Assembly: GCA_951406725.2 (NCBI GenBank)
Contig: OX597816.1
Span: 176,762,001-176,826,000 of the forward strand
DNA: 64,000 nt
Reading direction: 5' to 3'
Source: Octopus vulgaris
Lineage: Eukaryota
This document shows, one piece after another, positions 53,355-64,000 of this stretch (the first letter of the stretch is position 1; every line of letters begins with the position of its first letter). The notes below the pieces were generated by a model, which made no database searches, was not told the DNA's origin, and was given only the letters and a program-made list of their open reading frames with translations. Position numbers and translations under genes: made by a program.

Positions 53355-54106
53355 GTCTATGTATGTATATCTGTCTAAGAAGCTTACTTCTCAACCAAAT
53401 GTTTCTGGGTTCAGTCCCACTGCATGGCACCTTGGGCAAATGTCTTCTACAATAGCCTTGGGCTGACCAAAGCCTTGTGAGTGGGTCCTTGGTGTGGAAT
53501 GGGCATAAGAAGTAAGTACAGTAAGTAGACAGACATATATTTGTGTCTTTGTGTTTGTCCCCTCACTATCGCTTGACAACTGATGCTGGTGTGTTTATGT
53601 CCCTGTAGCATAGTGGTTCGGCAAAAGAGATCGATAGAATAGGTACTAGGCTTATAAAGAATAAGTCCTGGGGTTGATTTTTTCAACTAAACACCCTTTA
53701 AGGCAGTGCTCCAGCATGGCCACAGTTAAATGACTGAAACAAGTAAAAAGAAAAAGAATATATACAGTGTATATCTATTGTACACATGCATGGATATGAA
53801 GGGTTGACTGTTGATAACTGGTTGATGTCGGTGATGGGTGAACACCTTCATGTTTCTCCTTCAACTGAGAATAGATCTGTTTTGATGACTTGAATAACAA
53901 CTCATGGCAACCCAATGTCTGATGATTCTTAGATTATTAAGCATTATTGTTAAGCCAAAACCTATTTTAGATTGTAAATGTGTCTCTAGTCCAGCTAATG
54001 TTGGCTATGTTTAGGTCAATGTTTAAAATTTTACTTTACGATGGGGGATTATATATTAAGATCTTAATTTTTATGACTGCATTAAATAAATAAAATTTCA
54101 TTGAAA

Positions 54107-54264
54107 CAGGAGTGGCTGTGTGGTAAGTAGCTTGCTAACCAACCACATGGTTCCGGGTTCAGTCCCACTGCCTGGCATCTTGGGCAAGTGTCTTCTGCTA
54201 GAGTCCCGGGCCGAACAATGCCTTGTGAGTGGATTTAGTAGACGGAAACCGAAAGAAGCCTGTC

Positions 54265-54312
<48 letters not shown>

Positions 54313-54516
54313 GTGTTTGTGTGTCCCCTTAGCATTGCTTGACAACCGATGCTGGTGTGTTTACGTCCCCGTCACTTAACGGTTCAGCAAAAGAGACCGA
54401 TAGAATAAGTACTGGGCTTTCAAAGAATAAGTCCCGGGGTCGATTTGCTCGACTAAAGGCAGTGCTCCAGCATGGCCGCAGTCAAATGACCGAAACAAGT
54501 AAAAGAGTAAAAGAGT
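54107..54516 (+). mobile_element. SINE family C
   Basis: Copy of 19147-19550. Confidence 0.92.
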
Positions 54517-54960
54517 ATCTGTTGTAAATTTTAAATGCCATTTGTATTTACTTCTTACGCCCATGCCACACCAAGGACCCACCCCCGAGTGAGATCTATG
54601 ATTTAAATTGTATTTCGTACTTGTATATCTATGATATGCTACTAACACTTTATGTATTCAGTGTTGTTTCTTTCACTATGAACCTTATTTTATTGTACCT
54701 GGTTGTTTTTGGCAGCCTGCAAGTTAACGACGTGCCTTAACTTCATATAACAAAAACGTGTGTTTATGTATGTGCACAGGGATGCACGTGCGTCTGATTA
54801 TACATCTGCATCAGTTCAATAGTATTCTTTCTGTTTTTCCTCTCATATTCCCCTTTTTACCACCTCAACTACCACTTATCACAACTTCCTCTTTCATCAT
54901 CCCCTCCTTCCTGCTCTCTCTCTGTATAATATATATGCGTGTGATGTATGTATTGTTCAC

Positions 54961-56018
54961 CTATGGCAGTGGGTAGATTTATTCTTAAGGTCAACTTATG
55001 GTTACTCACAAGCACTTCTAGGCTTCACCAGTAATTCAGTTATTAGCCAATTGAATGTGAGACGAAATAATCTAAATTTGGTTCTTTAAAAAAAAAATGT
55101 TAGGTCAAAGATGGGAGAGTAAGGTGAAAATTGACTTTGATTCAAAATATCCCAGGTAGTTTCAAAGAAAACTCTAGATTACTTGAGTTAAAAAATATGT
55201 GCTCATTGAGAAGAATCCTTTGGTGTAAACCTTGTTAAAATGTATTAGCTAGGAAAAATGTAATTTGGCTTTAAATGACCCAAAAATGGTAACCCCAAAA
55301 ATTGACTTTGAATCAAAATATCTCAGTTATTGTTAAAGAAAGCTATACAATAATTGTGTTGATATGAAAGAACTATATGAGATGAATCTTATGGTAAAAA
55401 CCGTTTTTCAAAGAATAATAGCTACAAAAAAGTGGTGTGGCTTTAAGTGATCATTTTAACAAATTAAGACATTTTTGTCATTTTAATATATTTAGTGTTG
55501 TAAAAGACAGTATCTGATGTCGTAAAAATTTTTGGCAAACTTGTGTTCTACACATGGGAATTCATAGTTATGAGAATTTTTTTTTCAACCCCTTCACAAA
55601 TAAATCCTAAAACTTCTACTTTTTTTTAAAATATTTTTCTTTAAATTGGAGTTTAAAATTTTAGACAGTCCAAATTTTTTGCTTAAATCCCAGCAGTGGA
55701 TCACTCTTGGGTGCATCATCATTCCATTAAATATGTTAACATGCAGAAAAATATTGTAAAATATTAATACATGTCAAAGTGACAAAGAAAGAGGATGGTA
55801 TCAGGTGGTCGTGGGATGTGCTAAAAACAACAGCTAAGTCATCCTTAAATCACATACAAAAAATTTTTTGTTTTCTTTTTGTAGAACACAAATTTGCAAA
55901 ATTTTCCAAAAATTGCAAAAACTAAAAAAGGTTATGAGGGTGATTAAACCAGATTTCCACCAAACTTATTGCATTTCCTTATGGAATAAAGTTTTAAATA
56001 ATCTTACTGCTGCCATAG
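54961..56018. mobile_element. Non-autonomous DNA transposon with imperfect ~19-bp TIRs
   Basis: ctatggcagtgggtagatt vs aatcttactgctgccatag; the internal part is homologous to about 2570-2930. Confidence 0.6.
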
Positions 56019-56484
56019 ATATAATATGAAGAAGAACGTTTCCTTTGGCTCAAGGTAACATGTCTTCAATTTAGCTAAATGTGTAAGTCAATAAGATCTG
56101 GATCTAAACTGTAGAGAACAAGCTATTTTATAGTATAAAGTTTTCTATATATGGATGGTACTCAAATTCAGGAATTGTTCCATATTTTTGCTAAGGTAAC
56201 TAATTGACAGACTTGTGAGAACATTGAATATAATGCTTTGTGGTATTTATTCTGCATTCTGTGCTTAAATTCCTCTGAAGTCAAATTTGCTTTTCATTTT
56301 TGAATAGTTGGTAAATACCAATCTGGCAATGGAACTCATTCAACTCTCTGTTTGCTGTTCTTTCTCTTGCTCTCTATAAATTAAGAGGTGCTTTTTTTAA
56401 AACGAATGCTATGAAAACTTGTTTCAAAGAAATCATTAGTAATACTCTTGAAGTCTTACTCAATATCTGGTTTTTACTAATATT

Positions 56485-56910
56485 CTCTTTACTCTCTCTT
56501 ACTCTTTACTCTTTTACTTGTTTCAGTCAGTTGACTGCGGCCATGCTGGAGCACCGCCTTTAGTCGAGCAAATCGACCCCGGGACTTATTCTTTTGTAAG
56601 CCCAGTACTTATTCTATCGGTCTCTTTTGCCGAACCGCTAAGTGACGGGGACATAAACACACCAGCATCGGTTGTCAAGCAATGCTAGGGGGACAGACAC
56701 AGACACACAAACACACACGCACACATACATATATATATATACATATATACAACGGGCTTCTTTCAGTTTCCGTCTACCAAATCCACTCACAAGGCTTTGG
56801 TTGGCCCGAGGCTATAGTAGAAGACACTTACCCAAGGTGCCACGCAGTGGGACTGAACTCGGAACCATGTGGTTGGTAAGCAAGCTACTTACCACACAGC
56901 CACTCCTGCG
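56485..56910 (-). mobile_element. SINE family C
   Basis: Reverse-complement copy of 19147-19550. Confidence 0.92.
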
Positions 56911-57359
56911 CCTATTCTGGTAATATTTCATCAAATTCTGTGCGATGAGTGAGCCAAGAAGGAAGTTTTTATATGGTCTTGCAGTCGGTTAGCAATAGCA
57001 TCCAAATCTTTCAATAAATATTGTTATCATAATAGAAAAAGGGAAGACAGTGTGGGGTACACTATACTAGAAAAAAAAAAAGATAGGATTGTCATAACTG
57101 GAAAGCCTTTGATCATAAGTTAGCTGAATTAAGGTTGGCACTGGGCTTAACAACAACTGAAGTGTGAAAGACTTGTTGTTTGGTGCAACCAGACTAAAAG
57201 ATGTTATTGAACAATTTAATCTTAGAATACTTTTTAGCCATTTTTGATGGATAAATGTAAGTTCATCATTACTTATGATAAATCATAATTTATTATCATT
57301 ATTATTATTTTTTTGTTAACGACATTTCAAAAATATATATTTTTTCTTTTTATTTTCAG

Positions 57360-57552
57360 CTGAACCAAATATTTACTATTCAAGGAGGCTATTCGACTGT
57401 ACGATGCTGTCTACGACAACGTGGCTGGGTGGAAAATTGTTTCCAAATGACTAAAATTTGTAAGCAACCTCAGGTAAAAACCAATCCTTTGGATGATATT
57501 CAAGATGCTACAGGGGATGATGCTGATAATGACATTAATGAAGATGATAATG
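57360..57552 (+). CDS. TTLL3: TTLL3/TTLL8-like coding exon 4
   Basis: tattttcag| acceptor, LNQIFTIQGGYSTVRCCLRQRGWVEN... followed by an acidic D/E stretch; matches the TTLL3 signature KIFTIQGCYPVIRCLLRRRGWVEK plus its acidic region; donor G|gtagtg. Confidence 0.9.
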
Positions 57553-57743
57553 GTAGTGTTTTCAGTCTTTTATTACCAATTTCCACTCTTATCTTTTTAT
57601 CTTTTACTTGTTTCAGTCATTAGACTGCGGCCATGCTGGGGCACTGCCTTCAATAATTTTTTAGTTGAATGAATTGACCCCAGTTCTTTTTATTTTTTAA
57701 ACCTGGTACTTATTCTATTGGCCTCTTTTGGTGAACTGTTAAG

Positions 57744-58163
57744 TATATAGAGAATACCAAACTCATTCCCTATGGATACCATATTTATTACAACGAGTGG
57801 CTTGTAAACGTATCTAACTCACTTTCGCTCGTTAGATACGTTTACAAGCCACTCGTTGTAATAAATACAGTATCCATAGGGAATGAGTTTGGTATTTTAT
57901 TTATTACACACGAATAAACGACCATATTTTATGAACCCAATAACTAAATTCTTCATGTTTAGTTGTAACTTATGAATGACAAAAGTAGTGCTGTCACCGT
58001 GACCTCGGGTCATCACCATGAATTGACCAATCAGAAGCAGCGCTGTCACCATGACCTCGGGTCATCACCATGGATTGACCAATCAGAAGCAGCGCTCGCA
58101 GTATCTGATATATTTTAGATACCAAAAATATCTCAAAGTGTTCTCACTCACATGTGTGTAATA
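57744..58163. mobile_element. Palindromic foldback element inserted in a family C SINE
   Basis: 66-bp arms 57753-57818 / 57831-57896, ttattacacac...gtgtgtaataa inverted ends, 52-bp tandem pair with gaccaatcagaagc. Confidence 0.7.
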
Positions 58164-58239
58164 AGGGGATGGAAACACATCAACACCAGTTGTCAAACAG
58201 TGGCAGGACACACACACACACACACAGATATATAATTTT

Positions 58240-58628
58240 TTACTCTTTTACTTGTTTCAGTCATTTGACTGTGGCCATGCTGGAGCACCGCCTTTAGTCA
58301 AGCAAATCAACCCCAAGACTTATTCTTTGTAAGCCTAGTATTTATTCTATCGGGTTTTTTGCTGAACCGCTAAGTTACGGGGACGTAAACACACCAGCAT
58401 TGGTTGTCAAGTGATGTTGGGGGAACAAACACATACGCACATATATATATACATATATATATACATATGACGGGCTTCTTTCAGTTTCCGTCTACCAAAT
58501 CTACTCACAAGGCTTTGGTTGACCCGAGGCTACAGTAGAGGATACTTGCCCAAGGTACCACACAGTGGGACTGAACCCGGAACCATGTGGTTGGTAAGCA
58601 AGCTACTTACCACACAGCCATTCCTGCA

Positions 58629-58630
<2 letters not shown>
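58240..58630 (-). mobile_element. SINE family C
   Basis: Reverse-complement copy. Confidence 0.9.
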
Positions 58631-58666
<36 letters not shown>

Positions 58667-58985
58667 AACAGCCCCCCCCCCCATTTTTTTTTTAACAGAG
58701 TAAACAACAGGTTGTACAGTGCACTGCATGGATAATTCAAGAATAGGACAGAAAGAACACAACAAGCAGAAATCCAAGAAAATACAACATGCGGAAAAAT
58801 TGACAGTAACATAACAAAGAGTAAAAAGGACAAAAACAAGATTCCACAGCTCATTTGCAGCCGATTTCCTCTTCTGTCAATGTCCAGAAAGTCCTTGCAG
58901 TTTTGCAGTTTTTTCATCACTGAGACTACTTGAATCTGGTAAGTGGCAGAGACTCAAGCTAAAAGGCCCTTTCTATTATTTATTA

Positions 58986-59787
58986 CTAGCAGTATCGCCC
59001 GCGTTGCTCAGGTTTGTAAGGGAAATAACTATAAAGCATTTTTAGAGAGTTATAGCCAAAAACTAGCAAAAAAATGCATTAAAAATGGGAAAAAAATTAT
59101 GGTAAATTTTTTTAAAAATCGTTGACGCATCGTAGACATTTTTAGAGAGTTACTTCCCTTATATAATAGCGAAAAAATGCATTAAAATGGAAAAAAATTA
59201 TGGTAAATTTTTTTTTAAATCGTAGACTCATCGTAGACATTTTTAGAGAGTTACTTCCCTTATATAATAGCGAAAAAATGCATTAAAATGGAAAAAAATT
59301 ATGGTAAATTTTTTTTTAAATCGTAGACTCATCGTAGACATTTTTAGAGAGTTACTTCCCTTATATAATCGCGAAAAAAATGCATTAAAATGGAAAAAAA
59401 TTATGGTAAATTTTTTTTTAAATTGTAGACTCATCGTAGACATTTTTAGAGAGTTACTTCCCTTATATAATAGCGAAAAAAATGCATTAAAATGGAAAAA
59501 AATTATGGTAAATTTTTTTTTAAATCGTAGACTCATCGTAGACATTTTTAGAGAGTTACTTCCCTTATATAATAGCGAAAAAAATGCATTAAAATGGAAA
59601 AAAATGATGGTAAATTTTTTTTAAATCGTAGACTCATCGTAGACGCGCGCTAATACCCAGAAGGGCTCGATATGAATCACGACTATAAGATACCCGGTTT
59701 TGGTTAAACTGCACCGCAAAATGTGGGAGTAGTTAGGAATCTAAATCGTAGGAGACAGACACACAACTTCTCTTTTATATATAAAGA
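58986..59787 (-). mobile_element. Non-autonomous Helitron with internal ~101-bp tandem array (about 6 units)
   Basis: a|ctagcagtatcgccc..., repeat starts at 59128, 59229, 59330, 59432, 59534 and 59635; ends cttttatatataaaga|t. Confidence 0.93.
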
Positions 59788-60139
59788 TTTGTAAATGTAC
59801 TATTATTTTCCTTCAGTTGTACGTGTATAATTCTAGTGTCCTTGTTTTTGTTTCCGCTCTTGTTTTCATTCTTGTATACATTTGTTTGCTTTTCCCAGAG
59901 GCTTAATAATTTTAGCTTGAATCTCTGGCACTTGCTGGATTTGAGCAGTCTCAGTGATGAAAAAAAGTGTGAAACTGCAAGGACTTTATGGACACTGACT
60001 GAAGAGGAAATGAGCTGTGAATGATCCATGTCTCTTGATTTAATCCTGTTTGCTGTTTGTTATGTTATCATCTATTTTCCTGCATTTTGTGTTTTGTTGG
60101 ATTTCTGCTTGTTGTTATTTTGTTTTAGTCCCACCCTTG

Positions 60140-60177
<38 letters not shown>

Positions 60178-60180
<3 letters not shown>

Positions 60181-60560
60181 TAAGTAGCTTGCTAACCAAC
60201 CACATGGTTCTGGGTTCAGTCCCACTGCGTGGCATCTTGGGTAAGTGTCTTCTGCTATAGCCCCGGGCCGACCAATGCCTTGTGAGTGGATTTGGTAGAT
60301 GGAAACTGAAAGAAGCCTGTCGTATATATGTATACATATATGTATGTGTGTGTTTGTGTGTCTGTGTTTGTCCCCCTAGCATTGCTTGACAACCGATGCT
60401 GGTGTGTTTACGTCCCCGTCACTTAGCGGTTCGGCAAAAGAGACCGATAGAATAAGTACTGGGCTTACAAAGAATAAAGTCCCGGGGTTGATTTGCTCGA
60501 CTAAAGGTGGTGCTCCAGCATGGCCGCAGTCAAATGACTGAAACAAGTAAAAGAGTAAAA
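60178..60560 (+). mobile_element. SINE family C
   Basis: Copy of 19147-19550, head replaced by (TA)n. Confidence 0.9.
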
Positions 60561-60858
60561 GAGAAAAAAAAAATATGTAAACATACCAATATTGGTTGTC
60601 AAATGGTGGTGGGGGCTGACACAAAGACATACATACACACACACACACACATATATGACAGGCTTCTTTCAGTTTCTGTCTACCAAATCCACTCACAAGG
60701 CTGAAATCATGAAATCATGTATTATAAGAGTCACCATAAGGCATTCACTTTGGCTGTTTGAGATGGAAAAAAACAATGCATGTCTAAAAGAATCAATGTG
60801 GATGGAATTTGGTAGACAGGATTGTGCAGAAGGCCATTTTGTGTGTGTGTGTGTGTGC

Positions 60859-60890
<32 letters not shown>

Positions 60891-61236
60891 ATGTATATAT
60901 GCATTTCTGAGTCTCCATCTGTGTTTATGTTTACAGTGTTGTCTTTCCCAAAACTTCACAGTTCAACAAATAGGGATCAATAAAATCAGTATCAGATGGC
61001 TCTGGGATTGGCCATAGTCCAATAATTGAAACCAGTGAAAGAATATAGCATGTTAAGATTTTTATCAGTTTTAAGTACAGTAGAACATTTGGTTTACACA
61101 TTTAATTCTTTTCTGAAAACTGTTCATCATCTGAAATGTTCATAAACCAAAGCCTATTTTTCCCATAGGAAATTCTAAAGAAGGTTTGGTGAATTTGAGC
61201 AGGGATGTGCTCTAAGTGAAAGCTAGACAGTAACTG

Positions 61237-61623
61237 GTGGAGGCGCAATGGCTCAGTGGTTAGGGCAGCGGACTCGCGGTCATAGGATTGCGGTTTCGAT
61301 TCCCAGACCAGGCGTTGTGAGTGTTTATTGAGCGAAAACACCTAAAAGCTCCACGAGGCTCCGGCAGGGGATGGTGGTGATCCCTGCTGTACTCTTTCAC
61401 CACAACTTTCTCTCACTCTTACTTCCTGTTTCTGTTGTACCTGTATTTCAAGGGGCCGGCCTTGTCACTCTCTGTGTCACGCTGAATATCCCCGAGAACT
61501 ACATTAAGGGTACACGTGTCTGTGGAGTGCTCAGCCACTTACACGTTAATTTCACGAGCAGGCTGTTCCGTTGATTTGGATCAATCGGAACCCTTGTCAT
61601 CATAACTGACGGAGTGCTTAAGA
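61237..61623 (+). mobile_element. tRNA-derived SINE family A, 12-bp TSD agacagtaactg
   Basis: Copy of 10366 and 21727. Confidence 0.93.
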
Positions 61624-61733
61624 AGACAGTAACTGAAGCTCTCCTGCTAATACTTGCCATTTATTGCTAACTGTTGTTGCTGGCTTGCGTGTTTGTTACC
61701 TGAGACACAGTGGATCACCCGAAACGTTTTTAT

Positions 61734-61765
<32 letters not shown>

Positions 61766-62375
61766 GCAGCATCTGTTGTCTATTCTGTCATAAATTGGAT
61801 GATTTTACCTGAGCTGGCAAGCTGGCATGCTACACCAGACCGCAGTCTGCTTTGGCATGGTTTGTATGGTTGGATGCCCTTCTAATGTCAACCACTTTAC
61901 AGAGTGTAGTGGGTGCCTTTAAGTGTCACCAGCATGGGTGCTCTTATGTGGCACCATATGGGCGCTTTTACGTGACACCACCATAAATGCTTTACACCAT
62001 GAGCATGATCAGTCTTAACACTTCTGCGGCAGGGCATTGGTCTTCTTGAGTATGGCCAGGTGCTAGGGATCTCAATCCTTTGTCATATTCAAAGAATTGT
62101 TCATAAACTAATTTGTTTGTTATGAGGTGTTTGTAAACCAAAATTCCACTATAGTTGAAATAGAAGAAACATCAAAGGATCTTGCCAGGTTTAACTGTGA
62201 AAATACAGTGGAGGATTAAATAATTCTTGTTTTTAAAAGGTTTAATGTAATCAAGATGTTTTCAGTTAGCCAGCTATTAAAATCCACAGTTACAATGAAA
62301 ATATTTATTTGTTAAATGTTAATGGAAAAAGCTATTTTGAAATGAATTGATTTTTCCCCTTTTTTTTCTTTTTAG

Positions 62376-62425
62376 ATATTTCTAATGTAAAGTTGAAGGA
62401 AGAAGATAGGCTTTATAATATAATG
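62376..62425 (+). CDS. TTLL3: TTLL3/TTLL8-like coding exon 5 (gene continues beyond window)
   Basis: Long T tract + ag, frame (D)ISNVKLKEEDRLYNIM, donor ATG|gtaaaa; phase 1-0 fits exon 4; corresponds to the segment before the conserved MSR..V motif of TTLL3/8. Confidence 0.8.
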
Positions 62426-62895
62426 GTAAAATAAAGAACATTTCTACTGTATCTGAACTAAATTTGAAATATTGTATTTAATGTCACCATGAATACTTGA
62501 ACAATTCTGTGCAATGTACACTGCAAAGACTTTTAGAGATAATATATTCTGCTGTCAATTCTTACAGAGTGAATTTGGAGAATCATTAGGACCGCAAACA
62601 AAAGTTTTGCAGTATTTAGTTATAGATTCCCCTTACTGGATACATAAAATCATCAAACTTCCTAAGTTTTAAACATAAATTAAAATAAATGATTAATACA
62701 ACAATCTTAATCATCTTCATAATACTTGGGTAAAACCATTAACTTTTACAAAAGAATAATAAGGTAGCTAATATTAGTTTATCGTTAAATTTTCAAAGCA
62801 TTAATATTAAAGAAAATAAACAACCCGTTATGGCTGAGTTCAAATTCTGCTGGGGTTGGTTTTGCTTTTCAGCTTTCTTGGGTCCGTAGAGTATA

Positions 62896-63815
62896 TGAGG
62901 TGGTATCAAAAAGTTCTCGGACTAGTTCTGTAGTGCACCATCAGATCACAGCACACAGTTGTGTGTGCAGAGAAAGCTAGCAGTGACCTTCATGAGGCAA
63001 TATGCCAAGAGACATTGCTGTGTTTACTTTGCAAGTTGTGAAATTTGTGCTTCTGTGATCCTGTGTCTGCTGTAGTCTGTGATTTTGTCATGGACAGGAA
63101 CAAAAAGCCAACGTGAAATTTTGTGTAAAACTTGGGAAGTCTGCTACAGAGACACCAAGCATGCTTTGGCAAAGCTTACAGTGATGAGGCAATGGGTCAT
63201 ATGCAATGTTTCAAATGACATGGATGCTTCAAAAGTAGAAGAATGTCCCTGGAAGAGGATGAGTGATCTGGAAGATCTGCAACAAGTATCATCCCCAGAG
63301 ATGTGGTATTGTGCATTGAGAATCCATCCCCCAGGGTCAGACTGTCGACTGAGGGTTCTATTGTGATGGTTTGAAGCGTTTGAGGGAGGACATTTGGTGA
63401 AAGTGACTGGATCTGTGGAGCGCAAAGAATTGGATTCTTCATGACAACAATGTACCCTGTCACCCACCTCTCCTCACTCATGGGTTTCTTGCCAGAAATG
63501 ATATAGTATTGCTTCTACAGCCACCCTAATCGCTAGATTTAGCACCTGCGGACTTCCATCTCTTCTCTAAGATGAAAATGTGGCTCAAGGTCACGTTTTA
63601 ACACTGTTGTTGAGATTGAGAGTGAATCACAGAAGGTCCCCGACTTGCTTATGGAAAATGCTTTCCGGGCCAGATTCCAAAAGTGGCAGGAACATTGGGA
63701 TTGGTGTATTGCTGTGCAAAGTGACTATTTTGAAGGAGATGATGTTAAAACTTAGATAGATAAGTTATTTTTTTATGAAACATAACTAGTCGTGGAATTT
63801 TTTGATACCATCTCA
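62896..63815 (+). mobile_element. Internally deleted mariner (second family)
   Basis: ta|tgaggtggtatcaaaaagtt ... aattttttgataccatctca; WILHDNNVP and DLAPADFHLF remnants. Confidence 0.88.
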
Positions 63816-64000
63816 TGTAGCAGTGATGTGCTGGGATTGATATAATTGTTTCCTCCTTCAAAGAAATCACTGAAGTTAAGCATCTGTTTTGGATCACGTA
63901 TTTTCACTGATAACATCAAGCAATTGATTCTATTTACTTTAATGCATAGATAAATTAATACAAGTATATTAAATGCTAAATTGAGATTATTTTTTTAAAA

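Overview
Eukaryotic, AT-rich, repeat-saturated genomic DNA; the SINE, RTE, Helitron and mariner repertoire looks like an Octopus genome (inference). The only host gene found is the 5' part of a TTLL3/TTLL8-type tubulin glycylase on the + strand. It has five phase-compatible coding exons (1460-1571, 21530-21682, 37878-38014, 57360-57552, 62376-62425; 215 codons), separated by 5-20 kb introns, and continues beyond the window. The introns hold decayed CR1 and RTE LINEs, a Penelope-like GIY-YIG element, three SINE families, mariners, TTAA MITEs, a nested chimeric Helitron with Rep/Pif1 remnants, and several long foldbacks. The most notable signal is a recurring set of hammerhead-ribozyme-like motifs, including an inverted dimer of a tRNA-headed SINE whose tail carries a Penelope-type hammerhead. 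There is also a TG..CA solo-LTR-like insert with an interleaved pairing pattern. No CRISPR array or prokaryotic system is present.
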